This document shows positions 21,076 to 36,300 of a stretch of DNA of 64,000 nucleotides, piece after piece (the stretch's first letter is position 1; each line of letters starts with the position of its first letter). A program made the position numbers and the translations under genes. The DNA comes from Geosiphon pyriformis uo1. Taxonomy: Eukaryota; Fungi; Glomeromycota. The notes under the pieces are model-generated. The model had not been told where the DNA came from. It made no database searches and saw only the letters and a list, made by a program, of their open reading frames with translations. The stretch spans positions 114,436 to 178,435 of the forward strand of contig JAAOMT010000219.1 of assembly GCA_016748015.1 (NCBI GenBank), read 5' to 3'.

Positions 21076-22074
21076 CTAAATTAGAGCAAAATTTTTTCAT
21101 TTTTTTTTGGTATATTTTTTATAATCTTTTTTTGTACAAGATTAAGAGACAGAAAAGTATATGTAATTAGAGAATTAATTTTAAATTTGTTGTTAAGATT
21201 AATTAAATTAAAATTTAAGTTAGTTTAATAATATTTTTGCTACTAATGTTTTTGTTAATAATATAATTTAGATAATATATAGTCAGATGATAATTCAGCA
21301 TATTTTAAATATTGCAAATAATTTTTTTTAGGTTAATAATATTTTAATTAATAATAACAAAACAGTAATCATTTTGATTAACTGCAGAATTGTGAATCCT
21401 TCTTTGTTAATCAGTAATTTGTTGATTTTTATAGCAAAAAAAAGAAAATTTTACAAATATTTGGGTATTTTTTTGTTAACAAAAGATTTGTTAAAGTTTA
21501 ATTTAATAAAAACTTATTTGAATATTAAATTTTTTACTGGTGTTGTTTTAAAAAACCCCATTTCTAATAAACAGTTTTTATACTTGGTTTTAATAATGCT
21601 TTATCTTATTGTTAATTATATAATTCAAGTTCAGTTTTATTTCTAATAATGTATGTAAAAAATAAGACACTGTAATTTGTAAAAACTTAAAGTTAAAATT
21701 GTGTTTGTTTTTAGACTTTTCAAATAATACAATTCACTATTCTTTTTTGTATAACTTGAAAACTTTTAAACAAATACAAACTAAAAAAAAATTGACTTTT
21801 GTGTTGTGGTTTTCTAATGTATATAGCATTTTAGATTATTTGTTTGAACATAAATCTATTAACTTGCAAGTTCAGAAATAGTTTTCTTATTATTTTTTGT
21901 ATTATCTAGTTTGCTTTAAAGTTAGTCTTACTAAAAAATTTTTGGCAGTATGATTTATGTTTTTGTAAATATAATTTGTTTTTGGTTAATTTTTTATATT
22001 TAACATTTTATTTTTAAGATAAAATTTTAATATTAGTAATTTTAGGTAAATCTGTTTTTTTTGAAATTTTCTGC
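21076..22074 (+). mobile_element. Heavily decayed non-LTR (LINE-type) reverse transcriptase fragment
   Basis: Reversing transitions gives QG..SP.LW.IFYDP, FVDD (reads FVNN at 21251-21262), IN..KT and YKYLGIFL, in the order typical of non-LTR RT domains 4-7 and the thumb. Confidence 0.7.
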
Positions 22075-22592
22075 TATTATTCAAGTAAAAAAATCAATTT
22101 AAAACTATTAAAAAAACATAATTAATATATAATAACATAAATAAAAACATAATAATATAAAATAAAACAAAATAATACATAATAATTCAAGATAATACAA
22201 GATATATACAATAATATGAAATAGTACAAAATAACTAATCATAATATAAAATAATTAATAATAGTATAAAAAAATAAAACAATAACAGAAATAGTAAGTA
22301 ATAGCTAATAATAATAAACAATTAAAAATAATTTTGTAAAACTAGAAATATGTATAAAAATAAGTAGTTTTAACAGATAAAAAAAGATAAAAAAAACAAG
22401 AACTCATTTTTTTAAAAAATGTATCTTAATTTTAAACTTAATAAAACTTTTGTACCTTATTTTTTCTATATTTTTTTAATTACTATTAAATAAAAATATT
22501 ATTTAATACACTTGTACATAATTACAAAATTTGTGTTGTTAAAATCAAATTAATCATTTTTTTTATTATTTTAGACTAGATACTATTAGCAT
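22075..22592 (+). repeat. Probable 5' half of an old B-related LTR (family D), split by A3
   Basis: Begins TATTATTC (decayed TGTTACTC), has U3-like short repeats, and continues after A3. Confidence 0.4.
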
Positions 22593-24499
22593 TATTATTA
22601 ATAGAATTTTAGTTATTAATTAGCATGAAATTACCTTATAATTTTTATTATTAATTAGCATATATTATTATTACTTAAATTATTACTTATTATTTAATTA
22701 AAAAAATTATTAAAGATTGCTATTTAATTAATAATCTAATTTACAATAGAAATTAAGATAACTAAATTACACAATACACTAAACTATATAACATTCAAAA
22801 ATTTGCCAAAATTTGTAAAAATTCACCAAAATAATAAATAGTTTACCAAAATAGTTAATAGTTTGATAAAATAACTTGTAGTTTGTTAAAATATATCTTT
22901 AGTTTATTAAAATCATAGCAAACAAAAAAGTTCAAATTTATAGACAAATACTACAATAAGTTATATAAAAAAAAAGCTTCTCTTTTCGAGAAAATTTCTT
23001 TTATTATCTTTTAGAATTATCTTATCTTAGATTTATTATAATTAATACAATTTAAAAATAAAATATACTTTAAAAACCAATTCTTAAAATAATTACATTT
23101 GACATTTTTCAAAATTCAACTAATATTTTAAAATTAATTAGTTATTAATTTCAATAATACATTAGTAACTTCAGGCCTAAATAGAAAATAATTCTCTTAA
23201 CAAATTTCATTTCTTTTATATTTTTTATATTTTTTTATATTTTATATTTTTATAATTATTAGAATAGCTTACAAACAAGATTCTTGTAGAAGAGTTAATT
23301 TTTATAGCAAAATAATTACATATTTTAGTAAATTTTTAGACAAGCAATTTCTGAAAAAGAGTTGATATTTACTATATTATAACTATATAAAATAACTAAC
23401 ACAAAATTAACTATTTTACTTATAAGTTTAGCAATTCAAATTATAAGAAATAATTTGAAAAAAATTCAGTTATTAAAAGTTCAACTATTTTCAGAAAACA
23501 TGAATTCATAGCAAATAGACATTAATAATATTAAAAAAAAAGAGATCAATATTACCAATAGAATTTTAGCTATTAATTAGCATGAAATTACTCTTATAAT
23601 TCCTATTATTAATTAGTATATATTATTATCAGTTTAATTATTACTTATTAGTTAATTAAATAATCAAATTACACTATACTCTGAACTATTTAATATTCAA
23701 AAATTCGCCAAAATTAGCAAAAATTGGCCGAAAAATTTAATAGTTTGTGGAAATAACTTATAGTTTGCTAAAATGTATCTTTAGTTTACCAAAATTAAAG
23801 CAAAAAAAAAAGTGCAAGTTCAAAAACTAGTACTATAACAAGTTGTATAAAAAAAAAGCTTTTTTCTTCAAGAAAATATATTTTACTTTAGATATCTTAA
23901 TTAGAATAAATCATCTTTCACATACATTCTTACAAAATTATATAAAAATTAAAATATTTGAAAACCAAAAATCTTTAATTATTTTACTTGAAATTCCCAA
24001 AAACTCAACTAATGTTTTGAAATTAATTAGTTACCAATTTAAATAATTTGTTAGTAATTCCAAGCCTAGATAGAAAACAATTTCCTTGACAAAATTTAAT
24101 TTTTTTTATATTTTTTATATTTTTCTTTTATTTTTTTATTATAATTATTAAGATAGTCTACAAACAAGATTCTTGTAGAAAAGTTGACTTTTACAGCAAA
24201 GTAACTACACATTTTAGTAGGCTTTTAAATAAGCAATTTCTGGAAAAGAGTTGATATTTACTACAATATAACTACACAAAGTAACTGGAAAAAAATTGGT
24301 CATTCCACTTATAAGCCCAGCAGTCCAAATTATAAAAGATAATTTGAAGATAAATTCAGTTATTGAAGGTCCAACTTCTTTCAGAAAATGTAAATTCACA
24401 ACCAATAGGCATTAACAACATTTAAAAAAAGAGACTAAAAATCTCCAGTAACATTTAGTGCTCTTCCAAAAAAATAACACAGCAATAACAACTTCAAAG

Positions 24500-27400
24500 T
24501 AACAATTATACCAGCAAACACAACAACTCTAGAGTATTATCAGTCAATTTACACTCACTGCAAGCAAAGATTTAACATTTAGGATGAAATTAAAATTTTC
24601 AAGAAATTATTATACCAATACATTAAAAACTGCATTAACAATTATCTTTTTGGAAACTACAACATTTCAGAAGTTAAAAGCTATTTCTACAATAATTTAT
24701 TGTACTATTCACAATTAAAAACAGAAGACTTTAACAGTAAAACACTTAATATCTATTTCCAAAAACTTAATTTTAACATTATTCAATATTGTGAAAAAAA
24801 ATACCCAGTACAGTCCAAATACTTGCTTAACTTTAAATCAGAACCAGAAAATAGCAACAACAAAAAGCAAAAGAAGACACTTTAAATTAATCATACAATT
24901 CACAGCACACCAAAAACAACTGCCAAACACTTACAAACATTTGAACAAGGAACAAGTATCAAATTACCACTTTTTATTACACTATTTCTAATTTCACTTG
25001 TTCAATTACAAACTCCAAATTCACTACTTATTCAGTTCTTAAGACTAGAAGATTTCAATCACTCAAAAGTTTTATTCAACAGCAAAAATACATATTAACC
25101 AGTATTAATCTTTTTGATTACTTAGAAAAAAATCAAATTAATCATTTAGAGAACTTGGGAAGTGAAAAAACTGAATCAGAACAAGAAAAAACTACAAAAA
25201 ACAAAAAAAAAATAGCAACTACATACATTGCAAAAATTACTGAATTCACAGAAAAAAATGCTCACACCAATTCACAAAAATGGCTTGACAAAGTCCAAAA
25301 AACAGGAGATGCAAATGAATGGACTGTAGCAAAAATGCTAAAAGCAATCCCATACTTTTTTTAAAGAACAGCAGAAGAATAGTTTAAAAACTTGGATACA
25401 TCATTTAAAAACTGGTAAGCATTCAAAAATGCTTTTTTACAATAATTTATTAACAACAACATATCTATTATACTCCAAAACCAATTCTGAAACATTAAAC
25501 AAGAACCATTTGAATCTATTATGACTTATATTGAAAAACTCAACAAACTTTTCTAATGAACTTGACAATTGAAAACCAATAAATATTATTTCAATATCCA
25601 AATTTTGAATTGGTTTATTGCAAAATTAAAAGACAAATTAATTAAGAAAGTTCACTCCTATGCTTCAAAAGACTTAGCTACAGCCATTTGACATACAAAA
25701 AACTATAAAATAGCAATGAAAGAAACAAATCATACCAAACTTATAAATTTTGCTATTGGAGAAACCAGCTTAGCAACTGAAAAAAAAATTGACCAACTCA
25801 CAAAAAAAGTCAAAAACTATTTTACCAACCAACAATAATAATAACAACAACCACAAAAATATTAGCCACCTTAACAATGCAATCAAAACAACTACTCCTT
25901 ATTATCCAACAACCAATCACAAAACTGTTACTATTATAGAATTTCAAGACATTAGAAACAAGATTGTAGAAAGATGCAAAGAGACCAACAAAACAGAAAT
26001 AATCAATGTTATTTTCAACCACAACAATCTTATTACCAACCTTTATCACCAACTTATTACTTACCAAGACCACAAAATCAAAACAATTACTATTAATTTG
26101 TTTTACAATCAATACAACAACTATATTAATATTTTTTACCAATTCAGCAATACCAATCACCATCTATTCAACAATATCAAATATCTGCTCAAAAATTGGT
26201 TTAACAAAACCAATTTACATCTCAAAATCAATTTCAGAATAATTACAACAGAATCAACTCAAACAACTAATTGGTTCCCCAAAATTTTGGTCAGCAAAAA
26301 TCCAATTACTATTATACTCAACCCACTTATCTAACAATGCCTAAAAAACAGAATTTTTAACAAATTGCACTTTTTAAAAATGAAACTGCAGCACTAAGAC
26401 AAAACTCTTCCAACAATATAATTCTACCAGCCAGAATTGCCCAAAATATGAATTTCTTAGACATATTTCCATTTGAATTTGAAGCAAATGAATTATCATT
26501 CTTGCTTAGCAATACAGCAGTCAATAAGCAAAAAGCAATTACTACTATATAAACAAAAGTGAAAGTAGAAAGCAAACCAATTTAATTAATTCTAGACAGT
26601 AGATTAGCTAAAAGTATTATCACTTATCAATTAATGCAACAACTCAATCAAAATGTTAACAAACCAGCCCAAACAGTAATTGTTATAGCTGATAGTATAA
26701 AAAAAACTCCAGTAGAAGAAATTGATAATTTCTTTTTTATAATCAATGGAATTACTATTCCAGTTAAAGTTTTTGTTATGGATACACTTTAATATTAAGC
26801 TCTTATCAAAAATGATTAGCTTTTTAAGACCAATGCAAATCTAGATTAGAAAACCCAAGAACTAAATATTTCATATCAAAGACAATACACCAAAGTATCT
26901 GTTATATGTAATATCTTTAACAAACAATCAAAAAAAGCCTTAGTATTTGAATTTGAAGAGAAAAAAAAAACCAGTAATTGAAACTTTTATGGCTCTTGGA
27001 TCGATATTCAATTAAGCAGAAGAAACAAAACAAAAATTTTTTGAAAAAACCAGAGAATAGAATGTTGTTTAATATTCTATACCAGAATCATAGAAACAAC
27101 TACCTTATATTCCACTTAAATATAAAAATTGCAAAAAAAAACTTTTATCAATGGAAGCATGCATATCTCCAGAAGAGAAATATAAAACTTGTATCTGTTA
27201 CTACTATAAAACATGTCATAGAGAACAATTTAAATACTTCAAACAAAGTGGAAAATGGGACAACATTTTTTGTCTTACATATGAAAATATGTTACCAAAT
27301 AAATGCAACTAAATTAATGTTGCAATGAAAAAAAAAGTATGTAATTAAATCTGCCAATATGCTTTATCAATCTCAAAAAAAGTTAGAAGAAAAACACTCT

Positions 27401-30114
27401 TTGATACAATATACAACAATGCTTTTAACAAACTTTACTACTATCTTTATGATGCTGAAATAATTTTTAATTTAATAATAACTTTATTTAATAGAGCTAC
27501 ACAAAAAAATGTTTACCAAATAAAAAAAACTGAATATATTGAATATATTATAGAATTAGCTAGATTCAACTATAAAAATGAAGTAGAAACATATTACCAA
27601 ATTACAAGTCACACTTATCTAATCCAAGAAGCTTAAATTCAACAATTAGAGCAAATGAATATTCAATTGTGTAAAGAATGCATCATGCCTTGTAATAACA
27701 AATGGTGTTCAGAATGCTATGCTTTTAGCATTTTCTTGTCCAGCAAAAATAACCAAAAAGAAATTGAGTTTGGAGAACATAAGCCAGAAAAAGAAATTGC
27801 AACAACTCCAATCTATCTTCTTAAAAACCAACTAGTCTTACAATTTAAGTACTTTAATAACAATGGCAAGGAATTAAACCAGAGAAAGCTCACAAAATAG
27901 ATACAGAATATGATCTACAATATCCAAAGAAAAACACTTTGGTTCTTCAACCAAAATTTTTAATAAAAATCAATCTCAAATTGTTTTCGAAATTCCACCA
28001 GAAACAATGGTTCAAATTGTTTTTCAATCATCCCTAGCCAGCAAAAAAATCAACATTAAAGAAGAAGTTATAAATACAGAATACATTAAAGACATTACTG
28101 TTATGTTACAAAATAAAACCAAAAAACCATTTAAAATTAAAAATGCAGAAAAGATTGCTTAAGCAATTTATTTACACTTAATTAACATTTCAGAATTACA
28201 ATCAATTATTAACAGAGAACAATTAGACAAAAGTAAAAAAAAAATGCAAGATTTTGGTTCAACTGAATAATTTACAGTTCTAGTAAATATAGCTTTTAAT
28301 ACACAAAATAAATCTTACCAGATTTTTCAACTTCCTTAACCAATTACTATATTACTTTTTAGAGAATATCATAAAATTTACACTTGCTCAAAACCTACTA
28401 CCACTCAACAAATCTTTGAATTCAATAAACAAATCTGTTTAAAGCATGAAATCTTAATTCCCAATGTTTATATATCAAAAAAATTGAAGAAATTTTGAGT
28501 TACTTTCAACAATTCTAACAATTATCTCATCATTTTATTAAATAAATTAGAAATTGGAATCATACATAGTAACATCTTTTAAAATAAAATCTCTTAAATA
28601 ATTAGCAATTTTATCAAAATTGTAAAACATATCCTATTTCCAAATTCAAATATCACTTTTATTATTAAAAACTATTATCTTTTGGAAGAAAAACTCTCTT
28701 AAATTAACATGGGTCTTTTAAAATCTCAACAACAAAGACAATTAAAACAGCTAATTGCTGAATACACTGATATATTTGCCAAAGATAACAATGACTTTAG
28801 AAAAACTGATATTATTCAACATCAGATCCACACAGAAAATGCTTTATTAAAACATCAACAAGCTTATTAAGTGCTATCTGTCAACCACTAATTTATTAGA
28901 GAAGAAGTCCAAAGAATGCTCAATAATGAATTGATTTAACTATCAAGAAGTCTTTGGGTCTTTCCAGTAGTTCTAGTTAAAAAAAAAATAGAAAAATTAG
29001 ATTTTGTATTAATTATTGCCAACTAAACAGTGTAACAATTAAAGATGTCTACCCTTTTTCAAGAATTAATAACATGCTAAATACTCTAAGAAAAGCCAAG
29101 TTCTTTTCAACTTTAGACTTAGAAAATAAATATTGACAAGTCGAAATGGACCCAAAAAATTACTCTAAAACAGCATTTACTATCCAAGAAAGAAACTATG
29201 AATTCAATGTTATGCTTTTTGGACTCTGTAATATACCAGCAACATTTTAGCAATTCATGGATATTGTATATGAAAGACTCTTATGGCAATTAGTAGTTGT
29301 CTATTGGAATGACATTAATGTATACTCACCAAGCTTTGAAGCTCATTTTATCTATCTGTAAAAAGTTTTTTAACAATTACAAAAAGCAGAATTGAAGTTA
29401 AACATTGAAAAATATTATTTTAGAAAAACAAGCTTAATCTTTTTTGGACATATTGTTAGCAAAGATAAAGTCAAACTAAATCCTGGAACAATTAGTACTG
29501 TTAAAAACTTTTAAACTCCCAAAAATACCACAGAACTATGAAGATTTATAAGATTAGCCTCCTACTATTAGAAATTCATAAAAAAATTCTTAAAAATTGC
29601 CAAATTATTCAATTACCTCACCAACAAAAATGTGCCATATTAATAGACTAAAGAACAACAGAAAGTCTTTAAAATCATTAAAACAAAATTGACAACAGCA
29701 CCAGTTTTTGCTTATTCAAACTTTAACAAATAGTTTCAACTAGCCATTGATACTTTACATATAGCATTTGGTGCCATCTTATCACAATTAGATAACAATA
29801 GCAATGAGCAAGTAATTACTTATATTAGTAGAACACTTAAACCAACAAAACTCAAATATGGCTTAACAGAATTAGAAACTGTTATAGTTATTTGGACTCT
29901 TAAATATTTTCAACAATATCTGAAAAATAATAAAAAATTTGACATAATAACTAACAATATTGGTCTCAAATGGCTCAATAAAAGAAAATCTGAACAAAGT
30001 GCCAAACAATTTTAATAGAATAATTTCCTAGCAGACTACAAATATATCATACATCACAAATCAAACAAATTTTATACAAATGTAAATAGCCTTTTCAGAA
30101 TAAGGCAAAATTAG
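24500..30114 (+). pseudogene. A2 Gag-Pol including protease, Cys-rich domain, dUTPase, RT and RNase H
   Basis: Colinear with A1; retains LILDS(R/G) protease at ~26585-26605; stop after RIRQN. Confidence 0.88.
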
Positions 30115-30163
30115 AATCTATATTAATAAATTACTAATTCAACAACAATCAACAACAAAAACT

Positions 30164-31532
30164 ATAGATTTTAAAAACTACAACAATATTAAAAACTATT
30201 TGGAGACTTTTACTATGCCAAAAAATTGGTCTTCAAGTAAAAAAAATCGACTAAAACATCAATCAAAACAATATTTCATATACCACAACATAATTTATTA
30301 CAAAAATCACAAAAATTCAAACCAATTACTCAGATTAATACAAGAAAACAAGAAAAAAACAATTCTTTACAACATGCATATAGACTTCTTATTAACACAT
30401 TTGGAAAAAGATAAAACAATTCAAAAAACTTTTGAACATTATTTTTGGCTCTATATACAAAAAAACATTTGACAATATGTAGAATTTTATGATAATTGTC
30501 AAAAAAAAGAAGGAACTTACTTTATAGAACTTTTAAATTCAATCAAAGTTGGACAATTTTTTGACAGAATCAGAATTGATTTAATTAAACCATTACCTAT
30601 TAAAACCCAAGGAAATTATTATATTGCAGTTGCAGTAGATTAGAGTTATCTAAAAAGCAGATACAAAATTAGTAGCAAATTTCATCTATAAAGACATTAT
30701 TTGTAGATATAAATGTCCAATTGAACTTTTATCTGATTAAGAAACACATTTTGTAAACAACTTAATACAAGAAATTTGTGAACAATTCAATATCAAAAGA
30801 TCTCTATTATCATTTTACTATTTCTAAACAAATAGACTTATAGAATATTTTAACAGAATATGTGTAATCCTTAGCCAAAGTCTTAATTGATTTTGAGCAA
30901 AAATGAGATATTTTTATTTTATCAGTGTTATTAGCATACAGAACACTAAAACAAGATACTATAAAACACATACTATTTAATTTTACTTATAGAAAAATAG
31001 CAATATTACTAATTAATTTTACAGTAAAAACATATCCAGTACAACCAATCAATAAAGAAAACTTTTAAGAAACATTTCAAAGAAGAGTCTACACTTTTTT
31101 TAGTACACTAGAAGAAAAAAACAAATAACAGCCACTCATATTAAATACTTTCAAACTTAACAAAAAAAAACATGATAATAAATTACTACCAGTTACCAAT
31201 GAATTAAAGTTGAAAATAAAGTTTTCCTACACAAAACTAAGGCTGAAAAACAATGAAATAAAAAATTTGAACATAAATAGGATGAACAATTTTATATTCA
31301 TGAAATCTTAGACAATAGATTATACAAGTTAAGACTTGATGACAAAGTTCTAGCAAAAGTTGCACATAAAGATCAATTAAAATACTATTATTCTAAAAAC
31401 AATTCTGAAACAATTCTGAACCATTAATTTTACAAATTGGTACAAATTCCCCTTTAATTAATCCTGAAGATATTTCCTGAAATTTAGAACTAATAGTTAT
31501 AATAGAACAACAACCAAAACTTGAATACTTAA
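30164..31532 (+). pseudogene. A2 integrase
   Basis: Colinear with A1 9256-10641, with a small deletion near 30640. Confidence 0.88.
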
Positions 31533-31694
31533 TTTAATATTTTTTACAACAACCCCTTTAATAATATATAAAACATAAAAACAAAAATAGTAAATAATTG
31601 CAAGAAACATCCAAACCCAAAAACAAATAAAACTCTATACCCAAAAATAATTTTCTTTATTCTCTTTCAAAATTTTACTTTAGTTACTTTTATC

Positions 31695-32400
31695 ATAATT
31701 ATTTTCCAAAATATCTAACAAATATCTCAAAAATTAATGTTAGTCTTGAAAACACTTCTTGACTTATCCATAATAATTAATGGAAGTCAAATTAATTATA
31801 TTCAAAAAAAACTACAGTCTTAGTAGTAAATAATTCTCAAAATTATTATTTCTATAGAAAAAACACAAGAAATTGCTCTGGAAATCAATTACCAAAACTT
31901 TTAAAGCAAGCTTTAAAAAAAACTTCTTATTTGCTCCTATTGACATTTTACCAAATACTACAATATAACAAAAACTTCTATTATTTTTCAATAAACAAAA
32001 CAATAAACATATTCTTATTTATAGATATTTTCACATTAAAAAAACACTTTATAAACAAAAACTGGAACTTGAAGCAACAAACATCATTCCTAAAGCTATA
32101 CAAATACAAATTCACAATGAATTTAAGACAACAGCTGGTTCAACAAATATTTACTACAAATTGAGAGCAGCTATTAAGCTCTATGAATTATTCAATATTT
32201 GCAAAAATATCCTACAAAATCTAATACTTTACCCAATAAAAATTCAGTATATTAAAAAGCTTACAGAACTGAAATTTCAACAATTTTCAGACCAGATCAC
32301 TTCAATTATCTTGGACTATTATTTTAACATAACAGATAATACTTGGACTTTAATGGAGTTCAGTTTTGAAGAGGAGGTTATGTTACCAGTAAAATTTTAG
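31695..32400 (+). pseudogene. A2 ORF3
   Basis: Includes ORF 32161-32400 (RAAIKLYELF...EEEVMLPVKF*), which ends inside the LTR. Confidence 0.75.
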
Positions 32401-33399
32401 CTATTAATTAGCATGAAATTATTCTTATAATTCCTATTATTAATTATTATATATTATTATTGGTTTAATTATCACTTATTAGTTAATCAAATTATCAAAT
32501 ATCATTATTCAATTAATAACCTGATTTGTATCATAGAAATTAAGATAATCAAATTACACAATACTTTGAACTATTTAATATTCAAAAATTCGCCAAAATT
32601 AACAGAAATTGGCCGAAATAATCAATAGTTTGTGGAAATAACTTGTAGTTTGCTAAAATGTATTTTTAGTTTGCCAAAATTAGAGCAAAGAGAAAAAGTA
32701 CAAGTTCAAAAACTAGTACTACAACAAGTTGTATAAAAAAAGAGCTTTTTTTTTCAAGAAAATATATCTTACTTTAGATATCTTAATTAGAACAAATCAT
32801 CTCTCACACACATTTTTACAAAATCAAATAAAAATTAAAATATTTGAAAACCAAAAATCCTTAATTATTTTACTTGAAATCCCCAAAAACCCAACTAACG
32901 TTTTAAAATTGATTAGCTACCAATTTCAATAATTTGTTAGTAACTTTAGGCCTAAATAAAAAACGATTCTCTTGACAAAATTCTATTTTTTTTACATTTT
33001 TTTTATTTTTCTTTTATTTTCTTATTATAATTATTAGGGTAGTCTATAGACAAAATTCCTGTAGAAAAGTTGATTTTCACAGCAAAGTAATTACACATTT
33101 TAGTGAGCTTCCAGATGAGCAATTCCTAAGAAAAAATTGATATTTACTACAATGTAACTACACAAAGTAATTGGCAAAAAATTGGCTATTCTACTTATAA
33201 GCTCAGCAATTTAAATTATAAAAGATAATTTAAAGATAAATTCAGTTATTAGAGATCCAACTACTTCCAAAAAACGTGAATTTACAACCAACAGACATTA
33301 ACAACATTCAAAAAAAGAGACTAAAAATCTCTGGTAACACCAAAAACCTCTAGTAATATTTGGTGTTTTTTTATAAAAATAACACAGCAATAATAAATT

Positions 33400-36300
33400 C
33401 AAAGTAATAACCATATCTGACACAACAACTCTAAAGTATTATCAGTTAATTTACATTTACTGCAAGCAAAGATTTAACATTCAAGACAAAATTGAAGTTT
33501 TCAAGAAATTATTGTATTAATATATTGAAAATTATATCAATAAATATATTTTTAAAAACTATAATATTTCAAAAGTCAGAAACAACTTTTATGAAAATCT
33601 ACTACATTATTCTCACTTAAAAACAGAAGACTTTAACAGTAAAATACTTAACACTTATTTTCAAGAATTCAACTTTAACATTATTTAATATTGTAAAAAA
33701 AAATATTCAGTACAGTTCAAATATTTTTTTGCTTTAAATCAAAACCAAAAAAAAGCAACAGTAAAAACAGAAAAAAAAAACACTTTAAGTTAGCTATACA
33801 ATTCACAATACACCAAAAACAACTATTAAACATTTGTAAACACTTAAACAAGGAACTAGTATTAAATTACCACTTTCTATTACACTATTTTTACTTTTAC
33901 TTGCCTAACTACAAACATCAAATTCACTTTTTATTTGATTCTTAAGACCAGAAGACTTTATCTTATCAAAAAGCCCAATACAACAGCTAAAACAAATTGT
34001 TATTAACACAAATCTTCTTGACTTTTTAGCAACAAATCAGAATAACTACTTTAATAATAATGAAAACACTTTTAAATTCACTAAAGAAAAAACTGATAAA
34101 AACAAAAACACAGAAGACATAACAACCACTTATATCACAAAAATTACTAAATTTACTGGAGAAAATGCTAACACCAACTCACAAAAATGGCTTGACAAAA
34201 TCCAGAAAACAGAAAATACAAATAAATAGAATACCATAAAAATGTTTAAAGCTATTTTTTATTTTTTTCAAAGAACTATAAGTAAATGATTTGAAAACTT
34301 AAACACACTTTTTAAAATCTGACAAGTATTTAAAGATGTTTTTTTGAAACAATTTACTGACAATAATATTTCTATTACTCTTTAAAACTAATTTCAAAAC
34401 ATCAAACAAAAACTTTCTAAATCTGTTATAATCTATCTTAAAAAGTTTAACAAACTTCTCCAATAAATTTGACAATTAAAAACCAATAAGTATTATTCTA
34501 ATGCTCAAATTTTGGACCAATTTATAGCCAGATTAAATAATAAATTAATCAAAAAAGTTCATTTTTATGTCCTAGCAGACTTAGCTACAGTTATTTAATA
34601 TGCAAAAAACTACAAAATAGCAATAGAAAAAGCAAACTGCACCAAACTTATCAATCTTGCAATTAACAAAACCAGCTCAATAGCTAAAAAAAAAATTAAT
34701 CAACTTGCAAAAAAAGTTGAAAACTATTTTACCAACCAACAACAATAACACTAACAAAGATATTAGTCACTCTAAAAATACAATTAAAATAGCTATTCAT
34801 TATTATTAAACAACCAATTTCAAAGCTGCTACTATTGTAAAATTTTAAAACACTGGAAATAAATTATAGAAAGATGCAAAGAGACTAGCAAAACAGAAAT
34901 AATCAACATTATTTTTAATTACAATTATCTTATTACCAATTTTTATTACTACTATACTATTTACTCGGATTCTAATATTAAATCAATAATTATTAGTCTG
35001 CTTTACAATTAATGCAACAATAATATCAATTGCTATCTACACAACAATATCAAATATCTGCTTAAAAATTAGTTCAAATCAACCAAATTGTACTTTAAAA
35101 CTAATTTGCAACAAACAACAACCAATTTCATTTTAACAACTAATTAGTTTCTTGAAATTCAGTTTAACAAAAACCCAACCATTACTATACACAATCTAGT
35201 TATCTCATAATACTAAAAAAATCGAATTTTTAGCAAACTGTACTTTCTGAAAATAAAGCTGTAGTCACAAGACAAAACTCTTCCAGTAATACAATCTTAT
35301 CAACCAAAATTGCCCAAAATACCAATTTTTTTAATATCTTTTTATTTAAATTTGAAGCCAATGAATTACTATTTTTACTTAATAATACAACAATTATGAA
35401 ACAAAAAATAATCACAGTAATATATACCAAAGCTAAAGTTAAAAAAAAACCAATTTGGTTAATTTTAAACAGTAGATTTTCTAGAAACATCATTATTTAC
35501 CAATTAATATAACAGTTTCAACAAACTGTTAATAGATTAGTTCAGACTGTAATTGTCATAGCCAATAGCATAAAAAAGACTTCAATAGAAAAAATTAATA
35601 AATTTTTATTCTTAATTAACAGAATTACTATATTCATTAAAGTTTTTATTATAAATGCACTCTAATACTAAGTTCTTGTTGAAAACAATTGGCTCCTTAA
35701 AGCCAATGCAAATTTAGATTGGGAAATTCAAAAACTCAAAATTTTATACCAAGAACAATACACTAAAGTACTTGCTACTTGTGATACTTTTAATAAACAA
35801 TCAAAAAAACTCTTATGTTCAAATTTAAAGAAGAAAAAAAAATACCAATTATCAAAATCTACATGGCTTTTAAATCAACATCCAATTGGGTCGAAAAAAC
35901 AGAACAAGAAATTTTTGAAGAGACCAAAAAATGAAATATTGTCTATTATTTCAAACCAGAATCACAAAAACAGCCACTATATATTTTACTCAAATGCAAA
36001 AATTGCAACAAAAAGCTTTTATTTATAAGAGCTTGTATATCTTCAAAAAATATAAAACATGCACTTGTTATTACTGCAAAGTTTGCTACAGAAAACAGTT
36101 TAAATACTTCAAACAAAGTAAAAAATAGGACAACACTTTTTGTCTCATATGTAGAGAATTACTACCAAAAAAATACAACTGAATTAATGTTGTAATATGA
36201 GAAGAAGTCTGTAATCAAATTTGTTAATATGTACTCTTAATTATGAAAAAGGTAAAAAAAAAATCTTATTTGATGCTGCTTATAACAGCACTCTTAATAA

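Larger units (their letters stand above)
23550..33339 (+). mobile_element. Family A copy A2, full length, nested in the U5 end of the A3 5' LTR
   Basis: LTRs 23550-24453 and 32381-33339, PBS at 24454, PPT 32368-32377, TSD TCAA/CCAA. Confidence 0.93.
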
